Assembly: GCA_046328155.1 (NCBI GenBank)
Contig: JAXLXC010000001.1
Span: forward strand, 69,222-133,221
DNA: 64,000 bases
Direction of reading: 5' to 3'
Source of the DNA: Chloroflexota bacterium
Lineage (GTDB): Bacteria > Chloroflexota > Limnocylindria > Limnocylindrales > CSP1-4
Positions 27,900-36,718 of this stretch are shown here, one piece after another. Both the position numbers and the translations under genes were made by a program. Positions within the stretch are counted from its first letter, which is position 1, and every line of letters begins with the position of its first letter. The notes beneath the pieces were generated by a model. The model did not search any database. It saw only the letters and a program-made list of their open reading frames with translations, and was not told the origin of the DNA.

Positions 27900-29308
27900 G
27901 GCGCGCCCGCCGTCGCGCCCTCGGAGGGGACCGGGCCACCCACCGGCACCCGGATGACCATCCGCGCGCCACCGCCGGGCCGCTCGCCCGCCTCGATGGT
28001 CCCGCCATGGCCCTCCACGATGGCCAGTGCGATGGACAGCCCAAGGCCAGCCCCGGTGTGTCGGCGACCCCGCGCCGGGTCGCCGCGACGGAAGCGGTCG
28101 AAGACATGCGGCAGCAGGTCCGGCGCGATTCCCGGGCCCTGGTCGGTTGTCACCAGGACGAGCTGGTCCGCGTCCACCGAGGCGTCCAGGACGACCGGCG
28201 CGCCGGTGGGGCTGAAGCGCGCGGCGTTGTCCACCAGGATCATCACCGCCTGGGACATCCGCTCCGGATCCAGCCGAGCGCGGCCGGCCACCTCGACATG
28301 GGGCTCGAAGGTCACGCCCCGGTCGCGGCACAGGACCTCGGCCCTCGCCGACAGGTCGGCCAGCCAGGGCTCGAGGTCAAGGCTGACCGGCTCCAGCGGT
28401 GCGGTCCCGGCATCCGAGCGCGCGAGGAACAGCAGGTCCTCCACGAGCCTGGTCATGCGCGCCGATTCCGCGACGATCTCGCGCAGGATCGGCTCGTGGG
28501 CGCAATCCGACGGCCCCATGGCCAGGCCCACCTCCGCGTTGCCACGCAGCACCGTGAGCGGGGTGCGCAGCTCGTGCGACGCATCGGCGATGAGGTCCGT
28601 GCGGGCGCGCAGGGCGTCGCGCAGCTGGTCGGCGGTCGCCTGCTGCGTGGCCGCCAGCGTGCGCAGCTCGCGCAGGACCCGCAACGCCACGAACGTCAGT
28701 GCAAGCCCGGCCACCGCGACGCCCACCAGGATGAGCAGCATCACCACGGTGGCCGTGGTGGTCGCCGACTCCACGTTGGTGAGCGCAGCCGCCGATCGCT
28801 CCTCGCCCAGCTGGTCGAGAGTCTCGGCGCGCTCCTGGAGCGCCGCCAGGTCCACCAACCCCTGGTCGTTCGCGGCGTCGAAGGCATCCGGGTCGGTCTC
28901 GAACACGTCGAGGGCCGGCCGGAACGCATCGTGGTAGGCCGTCGCCATGGCGAGCAGCTCGTCGGCGTTGGTCACCGAGGGGTCCACGTCCACCTCGGCC
29001 AGCTCGCCGATCTCGGTCACGAGCCGCTCGTAGGCGGCGTCGAAGTCGGCGAGCGCCGCGCGCGTCGGCCCAGCGTAGCTCAGGGTGCGTTGGTACTGGC
29101 GCACCTCCAGCACCGCGACGAGCACGTCCTCCGCCTCGTCCTCGAGGGCGATGTCGCTCCGCAGGGCACGGTCGGCCACGTCGCCGACGTTGCGTGTCAG
29201 GACCAACGCGGCCACGGACGCCACCCCGACGGCCGCGAGCAGTCCCACGAGGACGAGGGCGAGGATCCGCCATGGGCGACCCTGGACCGGGTCGACGACG
29301 CGACTCAC
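27896..29308 (-). CDS. Sensor histidine kinase
   Basis: Two TM helices, the H-box ADASHELRTPLT, the N-box LVDNAARFS, and G-boxes DQGPGI and GAGLGLSI. The GTG at 29308 overlaps the upstream stop (GTGA). Confidence 0.85.
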   Translation of the reverse strand: MSRVVDPVQGRPWRILALVLVGLLAAVGVASVAALVLTRNVGDVADRALRSDIALEDEAEDVLVAVLEVRQYQRTLSYAGPTRAALADFDAAYERLVTEIGELAEVDVDPSVTNADELLAMATAYHDAFRPALDVFETDPDAFDAANDQGLVDLAALQERAETLDQLGEERSAAALTNVESATTTATVVMLLILVGVAVAGLALTFVALRVLRELRTLAATQQATADQLRDALRARTDLIADASHELRTPLTVLRGNAEVGLAMGPSDCAHEPILREIVAESARMTRLVEDLLFLARSDAGTAPLEPVSLDLEPWLADLSARAEVLCRDRGVTFEPHVEVAGRARLDPERMSQAVMILVDNAARFSPTGAPVVLDASVDADQLVLVTTDQGPGIAPDLLPHVFDRFRRGDPARGRRHTGAGLGLSIALAIVEGHGGTIEAGERPGGGARMVIRVPVGGPVPSEGATAGAP

Positions 29309-30144
29309 CCGCCGGGCCCGGAGTGGTCGTCCCCCGGCCCGCCAGGTCGTCCGTCGTCGGAGCCGCCTGACCGGTCGCTCGACGGCCAGCTGACCTCGAT
29401 GTCCACGTGGGTCCTGCTCCCCTCGCGCTTGAGCTCGATCGACACCTCGCGCGAGCCCTTGTTCGCCTCGATCTTCCACTCATCGTGGTCGAACTCGACA
29501 TCCCCCACGAACCAGTCGTGGCGTCGGAGCATGCTCCGATAGTGCTGCCGGACGCGGTCCAGACGCGCCGACGTGGTGTACTCCAGCTCGAGCCTCGCGA
29601 GGTCGCCGCTGCGGCCCTGGTCGCTGTCCTCGAGACGCGACCCCGGGTAGCGTGGCAGGTCGGATGGGTCGTCGCCGGTGGCCGTGGGCTCGGGCGTCCC
29701 GGATGGCCGTGGGCTGCGCGTCGGGGTGGGTCTGGGCGTCGTTGACGGCGTCGCGGGCGGCGCCGGTGTGGCCGAGGGCGACGGCTCCGGGGTGTCCGAG
29801 GGCTCGGGGGTGTCGGAGGGCTCAGGCGTGCCCGACGGCTCCGGGGTGTCCGAGGGCAAAGGCTCGGGCGTGTCCGACGGCTCGGGCGTGTCCGACGGCT
29901 CGGGCGTGTCCGACGGCTCGGGCGTGTCCGACGGCTCGGGCGTGTCCGAGGGCTGGGCCGATGGGGAGGCGCCGACGGGCGGGGCGCCCGGGCTGGCAGC
30001 CGGTGCCAGGGACCCGATGGCCAGGACGATGGTGATGACCAGGGCGGCGCCCACGAGGATGGCCGCGATCGCGATTCGCATGCCGCTATCGGTGGGCTCG
30101 TCCGTTCGAGGCCCCCCGGGTCTCGTCCCGCGTTCCAGGCTCAC
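29305..30144 (-). CDS. Membrane-anchored protein with a (PSDTPE)n repeat linker
   Basis: The GTG at 30144 is preceded by GAGAGGG. One TM helix (IAIAAILVGAALVITIVLAIG), about 11 PSDTPE-type hexapeptide repeats, and a C-terminal globular domain of about 100 aa. It is the first gene of the kinase operon. An alternative ATG lies at 30081. Confidence 0.65.
   Translation of the reverse strand: MSLERGTRPGGPRTDEPTDSGMRIAIAAILVGAALVITIVLAIGSLAPAASPGAPPVGASPSAQPSDTPEPSDTPEPSDTPEPSDTPEPSDTPEPLPSDTPEPSGTPEPSDTPEPSDTPEPSPSATPAPPATPSTTPRPTPTRSPRPSGTPEPTATGDDPSDLPRYPGSRLEDSDQGRSGDLARLELEYTTSARLDRVRQHYRSMLRRHDWFVGDVEFDHDEWKIEANKGSREVSIELKREGSRTHVDIEVSWPSSDRSGGSDDGRPGGPGDDHSGPGG
29783..29950 (-). repeat. 18-bp tandem repeat (about 9 units) encoding PSDTPE hexapeptides
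   Basis: ggctcgggcgtgtccgac is repeated perfectly four times (29861-29932). It is flanked by degenerate copies, and a 6-bp insertion lies at 29855-29860. Confidence 0.9.
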
Positions 30145-30271
30145 CCGTGCCCTCTCGATGCATCACGGACATCCTGAGGTCCGCAGGCGTGGCATGCTGC
30201 GCCGCATCCATGAGCGTGTCGTGGATCATGGATGAGAAGATCCTCATCCGACCCGGGCTAGCAGCCGGAGC

Positions 30272-31447
30272 TCACCGGCCGGAGCGCTGCCAGGACTTGC
30301 CCTCGACGTTCACCGCGGGCGCATGGACGATCTCGACCTGCTGCATCGCCGCGATGTCGCGGGCACCCAGCGCGGCCATGGACTGGCGCAGCGCGCCGAC
30401 CAGGTTCTCGGTGCCATCGGTCACGTGCGAGGGGCCGAACAGGATCCGCTCGAGCGTGCCCACGGTGCCGACCTTGATCCGCGTGCCTCGGGGGAGCGTG
30501 GGCGATGGCGCGGCCATGCCCCAGTTGGTGCCGCGGCCGGGCGCCTCCTCCGCGCGGGCGAGCGGGGAGCCCAGCATCAGCGCATCCGCGCCTGCCGCGA
30601 TCGCCTTGGCCAGCTCGCCGCCACGACGCATGCCGCCGTCCGCGACGACGGGCACGTAGCGCCCCGTCTCGGCGAGATGGTCGTCACGTGCCGCGGCGAC
30701 ATCCATGATCGCGGTGATCTGCGGCACCCCGATGCCCAGCACGTCGCGCGTGGTGCACGCGGCGCCCGGGCCGACGCCCACGAAGATGGCCGCGATGCCC
30801 TGGCCCATCAGCTGGTAGGCCGCCTCGTAGGAGGTGGTGTTGCCCACCGCGACCGGGATGCCGAGCATGCGTGCGAAGGCGTCGAGCTCCAGCGGGTCAT
30901 AGCCGGTGGCGATGTGACGCGCCGAGCTGACCTGCGACTGGACGAGGAACAGGTCGGCGCCGGCGTCCGCGCACAACCGCCCGAAGCGCCGCGCGGCGGA
31001 CGGGGTGGCCGCCACCACGGCCGGGGAGCCAGCGGCGTGGAGCTCGTGGATGCGGCGCACCACCAGCTCGTCGCGCACGGGCTGCTGGTAGGCGTCGGCG
31101 AGCACGTGCTGGACCTGGTCGTCGGGCGCCCCGGCGATGCGCGCGAGGATCGAGTCGGGCTCGTCATAGCGGGTCTGGACGCCCTCGAGGTTGAGGACCG
31201 CGACGCCGCCCAGGCGGGCGAGCTCGCCCGCGAACCGCACGTCGACCACCGCGTCCATCGCCGACGCCAGGATGGGGATGGCGAGCCGCAGGCCAGCCAG
31301 CTCGATCGACGTGTCCACGTCGCCGGGCTCGACGGTCTCCACGCCGGGCGCCAGCGACACGTCGTCGAAGCCGTAGGTGGTCCTAATCCGGTCCACGCGG
31401 GATGGGCCTCGGGGTCGGGCGGGGACGCCCCGCTGGGTCTCCTGCAT
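30272..31447 (-). CDS. guaB3: GuaB3-family IMP dehydrogenase-related protein (no CBS domains)
   Basis: TIM-barrel IMPDH motifs are present ([48 protein letters not shown]) without the CBS pair. 391 aa. I take the ATG at 31447 as the start. Confidence 0.85.
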   Translation of the reverse strand: MQETQRGVPARPRGPSRVDRIRTTYGFDDVSLAPGVETVEPGDVDTSIELAGLRLAIPILASAMDAVVDVRFAGELARLGGVAVLNLEGVQTRYDEPDSILARIAGAPDDQVQHVLADAYQQPVRDELVVRRIHELHAAGSPAVVAATPSAARRFGRLCADAGADLFLVQSQVSSARHIATGYDPLELDAFARMLGIPVAVGNTTSYEAAYQLMGQGIAAIFVGVGPGAACTTRDVLGIGVPQITAIMDVAAARDDHLAETGRYVPVVADGGMRRGGELAKAIAAGADALMLGSPLARAEEAPGRGTNWGMAAPSPTLPRGTRIKVGTVGTLERILFGPSHVTDGTENLVGALRQSMAALGARDIAAMQQVEIVHAPAVNVEGKSWQRSGR

Positions 31448-31529
31448 GGTCACGGTCACGGTCGATGGCGCCTCCAGGTGCGGGAGTGCCCGGGTGGCGG
31501 CCGACCGAGCATGGGTCCCGCGTTCGGGC

Positions 31530-31535
31530 GAGTAT
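31530..31535 (+). promoter_or_regulatory. Candidate -10 element (GAGTAT) for a leaderless transcript
   Basis: This is the only AT-rich hexamer in the 94-bp divergent intergenic region. It has A at position 2 and T at position 6. Its last T lies 6 nt before the GTG at 31542, which is the canonical -10-to-TSS spacing if transcription starts at the start codon. No Shine-Dalgarno sequence is present. Confidence 0.3.
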
Positions 31536-31541
31536 ACCGGC

Positions 31542-32594
31542 GTGACCCCTGCAACCTCGGACCCTGGCTCATCCGGCGACCCACTGGTCGGCATCGAGGA
31601 CATCCGGCGCGCCGCCCAGGCGCTCACGGGCGTCACGGTGCGCACGCCCCTGCTGCCGTTCGGACGGCCGGTCGAGGGCGACCCGCTGGGGCATCCGCGC
31701 GTCTGGCTCAAGCCCGAGCTGCTCCAGCCCATCGGTGCGTTCAAGCTGCGCGGGGCGTGGAACGCCATCGTCAGCCTCCCGGCCGAGGAGCGCGCACGGG
31801 GCGTGGTCGCGCACTCGTCCGGGAACCATGCCCAGGGGGTGGCGCGTGCCGCGCGGGTGCTGGGCGTGCCCGCGGTCATCGTGATGCCGGAGGACGCCCC
31901 TGCCGTCAAGGTGGCGGGCGTCCGCGCGGACAGTGCGGAGGTCGTGTTCGTGGGTGCGGCCAGCGACGAGCGCGTCGCGATGGCCGACCGGCTGGTCCGG
32001 GAGCGCGGGCTGGTGCTGGTCCCGGCCTACGACGACGCCCGGATCATCGCGGGGCAGGGCACCTGCGGCCTCGAGATCGTGGAGCAGGTCGCCGAGCTGG
32101 GTCACGACGCCGAGCCGCTGACGGTCCTGGTGCCCATCGGCGGGGGCGGCTTCGCCTCGGGGGTGGCGACGGCCGTCAAGGCGCTCCGGCCGGACGCCCG
32201 GGTGCTGGGCGTGGAGCCCGAGCTGGCCGCGGACGCCGCCGAGTCGCTGCGCACCGGCACGATCGCTCGCTGGGGGCCGGAGCGGGTGAACCGGACGGCT
32301 GCCGACGGGATGCGCACGAGTTCGCTGGGACGGCTCACGTTCCGGCACCTGCGGGCCCACCTCGACGGCGTGGTCACGGTGTCCGAGGCCGGCATCGCCC
32401 GCGCCATGGTGCGTGCCGCGCGGGAGGCTCGGCTCATCGTGGAGCCGTCAGGTGCCACGACCCTCGCGGCGCTCCTGTTCGCACCCGAGCTCGCGGACCC
32501 GGTAGGTCACGTGGTCGCCATCCTCAGCGGCGGCAACGTGGATCCCGCCCGCTACGAGCAGCTGATCGCCGAGGGCGTCGCCGCGGGGGGCTGA
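31542..32594 (+). CDS. PLP-dependent threonine ammonia-lyase / serine dehydratase-like enzyme
   Basis: The PLP lysine context (QPIGAFKLRGAWN), SSGNHAQGVA, and the glycine loop PIGGGGFASG. There is no ACT regulatory domain. The start is uncertain and the ORF is open to 31377. Confidence 0.8.
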   Translation: MTPATSDPGSSGDPLVGIEDIRRAAQALTGVTVRTPLLPFGRPVEGDPLGHPRVWLKPELLQPIGAFKLRGAWNAIVSLPAEERARGVVAHSSGNHAQGVARAARVLGVPAVIVMPEDAPAVKVAGVRADSAEVVFVGAASDERVAMADRLVRERGLVLVPAYDDARIIAGQGTCGLEIVEQVAELGHDAEPLTVLVPIGGGGFASGVATAVKALRPDARVLGVEPELAADAAESLRTGTIARWGPERVNRTAADGMRTSSLGRLTFRHLRAHLDGVVTVSEAGIARAMVRAAREARLIVEPSGATTLAALLFAPELADPVGHVVAILSGGNVDPARYEQLIAEGVAAGG

Positions 32595-32692
32595 GGCACG
32601 CCGGTGCGGCGGCCGAGCCGAGGTCGCCTGGACGTGCGCGACGGTCAGGGCTGGCGCATGGCCGCCGCGGGCCCTATCATTCGCGACCGAGG

Positions 32693-33691
32693 ATGGAGGA
32701 CGCGAAGACACCCAGTCTGCTCGCGGCCGTCCGCATCCTGGCCAGGGAAGGCACCCTGGACGCCCGACTGACAGGGTTCGCCCACGAGGCGCGCGCGTTG
32801 TCCGGTGGCGTCGGTGTGGTCGCCCTGCTCCGCGATGAGGGCGGCGGGTTCGCGACCCCCTCGGACGAGCCCGTCGAGCTGGACGCGGCCAGCCTGACCT
32901 CGCTCCGTGACGCCGTCGAGGAGCGCCGAGCGACGTGGTCGGTGGCACTGCCCGCGGGCCTCGCGGCGATGACCGGCTCCAACGTCGGGTCGCTCGTGCC
33001 ACTGGTCGTCGCCGACGGCACGGGCCCGGTCGTCCAGGGCGTGCTGGTGGTGGGGGGCGGCGACACGGCGGACGACGACGTGCGCGACGCGATCCGGGCG
33101 CTGGCGGACCTGGCGGCGGTGGCCGTGGAGCAGGAGCGGCTGCGCGCCGCGCTCCAAGAGCGCATCGCGTGGCAGGAGCGGCTGGCCCGCACGGACCCGC
33201 TGACCGGCCTCGCGGACCGGGTGACGTTCCTCCAGATGCTGGAGCTCGAGGTGGTGCGGGCCACCCGGCAGGGCACGCCGCTCGCGGTGGTGCTGTTCGC
33301 GGTGGACGACCTCCAGGGAATCTCCAGCGCCCAGGGCGGGCGCGTGGCGGACGACATCCTGCGCGTCGTGGCGGCGACCCTCGCCGACGGCCTCCGGCTG
33401 GTGGACACGATCGCCCGCCTGGGGCCGGACGAGGTCGGCGTCGTCGCCCCGGGCGATGCCAGCGGCATGGTCGCGCGACGCGTGCTCGACGCCGTGGCGG
33501 CGCTCCCCGACGTTGGCGGCGTCACGCCCCAGGTCCGCGCCGGCGTGGCCCATCACCCCACCGATGGCACCGATGCCGCGGAGCTGCTGCGGGCCGCGCA
33601 GGACGCGTTGGCCCAGGCACGCGGCGGCGCTCCCGGCGTCATCGTGGGCCTCCGCCCGATCGCCGACCTGGGGGCCGTCCCGGCCTCCTGA
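32693..33691 (+). CDS. GAF-like sensor plus a GGDEF domain with a degenerate active site (GPDEV)
   Basis: DPLTGLADR, AVDDLQGI and ARLGPDEVGVV sit where RxGGDEF is expected. This is the real gene inside the 1122-aa shadow ORF 30323-33691. Confidence 0.8.
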   Translation: MEDAKTPSLLAAVRILAREGTLDARLTGFAHEARALSGGVGVVALLRDEGGGFATPSDEPVELDAASLTSLRDAVEERRATWSVALPAGLAAMTGSNVGSLVPLVVADGTGPVVQGVLVVGGGDTADDDVRDAIRALADLAAVAVEQERLRAALQERIAWQERLARTDPLTGLADRVTFLQMLELEVVRATRQGTPLAVVLFAVDDLQGISSAQGGRVADDILRVVAATLADGLRLVDTIARLGPDEVGVVAPGDASGMVARRVLDAVAALPDVGGVTPQVRAGVAHHPTDGTDAAELLRAAQDALAQARGGAPGVIVGLRPIADLGAVPAS

Positions 33692-33707
33692 CCCGGACGC
33701 GCGACGA

Positions 33708-33731
33708 GGCGCCGGTCGGCTGACCGGCGCC
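33708..33731. terminator. GC-rich hairpin between convergent genes (candidate bidirectional terminator)
   Basis: GGCGCCGGTC-GGCT-GACCGGCGCC is a perfect 10-bp stem with a 4-nt loop. It lies 17 nt after the GGDEF stop and 26 nt after the convergent gene's stop. There is no clear U-tract. Confidence 0.5.
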
Positions 33732-33756
33732 TGAGGGGTCGCGGTGGACGCGAGCG

Positions 33757-34203
33757 TCAGATGGACAGGCTCCCCGTGCACACCTCGCCGTTGACCTGGT
33801 CGACCGCCCGGAAGCGGAAGGTGTCGCTGCCCGAACGGTCGGTGCGGGTGCGGTTCAGGTCGATGTCGCCATCCCGGGCCGTCCGTCGCAGGACGTTCGT
33901 GGACAGGCTGCCGTTGTGGTACACCTTGACCCGCCACTGGCGGCCGATTCGGCGCGTGTCGACGTCGACCTTGACCTCGATCCGGCCATGCTCCTTCTCC
34001 AGCTCCAGCTCCCAGTCGCTGGACCCGGTGCACAGGCCATGCCGCTCGCGCTCGACCCCCTGGGCGCCATTGCCGCCGTCATCGGCGCCGTGCCGCGCCG
34101 CGGCAGGCACCGCCGCGGTCGCCAGCGCCGTCAGTGCCATGAGCCCGGCCGTCGCGGCGATGCCCAGGCGACCCATCCGTGCGCGCTTCGTGGTGGTAGC
34201 CAT
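33757..34203 (-). CDS. Hypothetical small secreted protein
   Basis: The ATG at 34203 is preceded by GGGAGAG. Signal peptide RMGRLGIAATAGLMALTALATAAVPAAA. Two Cys residues bracket a beta-rich domain. I do not recognise a family. Confidence 0.6.
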   Translation of the reverse strand: MATTTKRARMGRLGIAATAGLMALTALATAAVPAAARHGADDGGNGAQGVERERHGLCTGSSDWELELEKEHGRIEVKVDVDTRRIGRQWRVKVYHNGSLSTNVLRRTARDGDIDLNRTRTDRSGSDTFRFRAVDQVNGEVCTGSLSI

Positions 34204-34357
34204 CCCGATCTCTCCCTTCGGTGTCCCGACGCCCCGTCGGCGTCGTTCGCTGGGCATCACCTTCGGGGCCGTCGGTGAGAGTCCGGTGGGACGACGATGA
34301 GATGGCCCTCATCCGCGGCCATCAGGCCCGATGACCACGGCTCGCGGCGGACCAGGG

Positions 34358-35269
34358 TCAGGCGGGCAGCGTCCCCGCCGCGACCACGGCGCCGGTCGGT
34401 GCCTCGACGCCACCTGCTGGCTCGACGGTGAGCGCGATGGTGTCGGTGCCGGCGACCGGGTCGAGACCCGCCATGACCGCGACGCCCGAGCTGGCCGGGG
34501 GCATCAGACCCGCCGACGTGGGCACGCCCTCGGCGAGGTACCACGCCTGATACACCTGACCGCCGGAGAGTGCCGGCAGGCCCTGCAGCATGATGTAGCC
34601 GGTGCCCGATGCGGGCACGATCGCCATGCCCGACACGCCGGCTCCGGCGTCGGTGCCGGTGAGGGTCGCGACCCGTGACGTCGGGTCGGCTGCGGCGGCG
34701 ATGGCCTGGCGCACGAGCGCCAGCTGCTGGTCGTTGGTCGTCAGCTGCTGCTGGAGCGACAGGCCCCAGCCACCCAGGAGCAGGGCGATGACGGCCGCGG
34801 CGGCCAGGCCGATCCACGCGACCCGCGCCGGGCGCGTCGGGCGGCCGGGCTGCTCGAACGGCACCACGTTGGCGGTCTCGGGCACGGGCGCCGCCGCGGG
34901 GAATGGCGTCACGGGTGGCGCACTGCGCGTGTGCGCTCCGACCGCCGGGGGAGCGCTGGCGACGTCGTCGCCCATCAGGCGGTCGGGCACCTGCGGCGTG
35001 CTGGCGATGGCCGCCATCAGCCGAGCTCGCAGGTCCGTCGGGGGCACCACGGGGTCCACGGACGAGGCCAGCGCGCCAGCCGCCTCGGCGGCCCGCTGGA
35101 CGTCGGCGTGGGGCTGCTCGCACGCGTCCAGGTGCGCCTGCACCTGTGCCGCCTCCGCCGCGGTGAGCATGTCGAGGACGCCCAGCGCCGCCATCTCGTC
35201 GGCCTCGGCGCACGTCAGACCGCCCACGGGGGTCGTCCGAGCATCCACGGTGGCCTCGTGGTCGGTCAT
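34358..35269 (-). CDS. rskA: Anti-sigma-K factor (RskA-like)
   Basis: N-terminal anti-sigma helix region with H..C..H (QVQAHLDACEQPH), a single TM helix, and a C-terminal RskA-type domain (GQVYQAWYLAEGVPTSAG). The ATG overlaps the sigma gene's stop (ATGA). Confidence 0.8.
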   Translation of the reverse strand: MTDHEATVDARTTPVGGLTCAEADEMAALGVLDMLTAAEAAQVQAHLDACEQPHADVQRAAEAAGALASSVDPVVPPTDLRARLMAAIASTPQVPDRLMGDDVASAPPAVGAHTRSAPPVTPFPAAAPVPETANVVPFEQPGRPTRPARVAWIGLAAAAVIALLLGGWGLSLQQQLTTNDQQLALVRQAIAAAADPTSRVATLTGTDAGAGVSGMAIVPASGTGYIMLQGLPALSGGQVYQAWYLAEGVPTSAGLMPPASSGVAVMAGLDPVAGTDTIALTVEPAGGVEAPTGAVVAAGTLPA

Positions 35270-35868
35270 GGCGTCGGCTCCGGGCCACCGAGCTCGACAC
35301 GGAGCGCCAGCAGACCGAGGCGCACCCGGCTCTTCACGGTGCCCAGCGGGATGCCCACCTCCTGGGCGATCTCCTGCTGGGTGCGACCACCGAAGTAGGC
35401 CAGCTCGATGACCTCGCGCTGGGGCGCCGACACGCGACCCAGCGCCTGACGGACCGCGGCGGCGTCGAGCCTTCCCACCACGTCGTCCCAGATGTCCGGC
35501 GCCACGAGTGCCGCTGGCGGCGCGACGTCGGGCTCGGGGAGTGGGAGGCTGCTGCGTCGGCGACGGAGGGTGTCGATGGCTCGGTGATGGACGAGCGCCA
35601 GGATCCAGGTGCGGGCCTTGGCGCGGTCCGGGTCGAAGCGGGACGCGTTGCGCCACACACCCAGCATCGCCTCCTGGACCACGTCCTGGGCGAGGCCTGC
35701 GTCGTTCGTGATTCGAATCGCGAGTCCGTACATCGTCCCTTGGTGCCGGTCATAGAGCCGTCCGATCGCCTCCTGGTCGCCCTGGGCAGCGGCCAGCAGG
35801 AGATCCTCGTCCGTCGGCCCGGCCTGGACCTCGTCACGTGTCGCGGGGACGGGACTCGGCTGGGTCAT
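35266..35868 (-). CDS. sigK: ECF RNA polymerase sigma factor (SigK-like)
   Basis: Region 2 (DVVQEAMLGVWRNASRFDP..ARTWILALVHHRAID) and region 4 (REVIELAYFGGRTQQEIAQEVGIPLGTVKSRVRLGL). Confidence 0.85.
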   Translation of the reverse strand: MTQPSPVPATRDEVQAGPTDEDLLLAAAQGDQEAIGRLYDRHQGTMYGLAIRITNDAGLAQDVVQEAMLGVWRNASRFDPDRAKARTWILALVHHRAIDTLRRRRSSLPLPEPDVAPPAALVAPDIWDDVVGRLDAAAVRQALGRVSAPQREVIELAYFGGRTQQEIAQEVGIPLGTVKSRVRLGLLALRVELGGPEPTP

Positions 35869-36555
35869 CTGGTGATTCGCACATCGACGCGATCCGGTTC
35901 ACCGGCCGCATCCGTCCCCCCGAGATGGCGCTGCACGACGGCCACGACCTCCTTGGCGACCTCGGCCTCGGTGCGGGTCCCATCCACGATACGCCAGTGC
36001 GCCGGATCGGCCGCGGCCATCGCCCGATAGCCGTCGCGCACCCGCTCGTGGAAGCCGACGTCGAACTGCTCCTCGAACCGCGTCTCGCCACCGCGGGCCA
36101 TGCCGCGCCGGGCCAGACCCGCCTCGACCGGGACGTCGATGAGCACCACGAGGTCGGGGCCGAGGCCACCCGTGGCCACCGCCTCCAGCCGCAGGAGCTG
36201 GTCGAGCGGCACGCCCGCCCCGTATCCCTGGTAGGCGGTCGTGGACGTGGCGTACCGGTCGGACACGACCACCGCGCCCCGAGCCAGCGCCGGCCGGATG
36301 ACCTCGGCGACGAGCTCCGCCCGGGCGGCGCTGAACAGCAGCGCGTCGGCCAGCCCGCTGCGCCCCACGACGCCGGCCCGCAGGAGGACCTCGCGGAGCG
36401 CCTCGCCGATGGGCGTGCCGCCCGGCTCGCGCGTGGCGGTGACGTCGCGTCCCTGGGCACGGAGGGCCCGCACCAAGCTCGCGGCAGCCGCGGACTTGCC
36501 GGCGCCGTCGGGCCTCGATGACGATGAACGGCCCGGCGCGCTCGACCTCCTCCAC
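35865..36555 (-). CDS. tmk: Thymidylate kinase, with an apparent frame break just upstream of the P-loop
   Basis: The frame ending at 35865 carries PDGAGKSAAA.., TREPGGTPIGE, SDRY and the LID region. The obligatory preceding strand (GPFIVIE) is in another frame (ORF 35899-36555). The two frames meet at about 36504-36519. Confidence 0.7.
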
Positions 36556-36718
36556 CCGGGCAGTCTACCCGGGCGGGGTGGGCGGGCCGGATGCGCGGGC
36601 GTGGCGGCTCGGCGGGGCACCGGCCATCGGGACCACCCCGGACGTCACCCCATCGGGCCATGGCGAAGCGCACGCGGCCGGCTCAGAGTCGTGGCGTCCG
36701 CATCCCTGGAGGTCACCC

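Noticed and set aside
29783-29950. Regularly spaced 18-bp repeats, as a possible CRISPR array.
   Set aside because: The units are contiguous with no spacers, they lie in frame inside an ORF where they encode PSDTPE repeats, and no cas genes are nearby.
30323-32692. The first two thirds of the 1122-aa ORF 30323-33691(+), which would make a giant protein.
   Set aside because: This part runs antisense to guaB3 and out of frame through the threonine-dehydratase gene, and its composition is not protein-like. Only the last 332 codons (GAF-GGDEF, from the ATG at 32693) look real.
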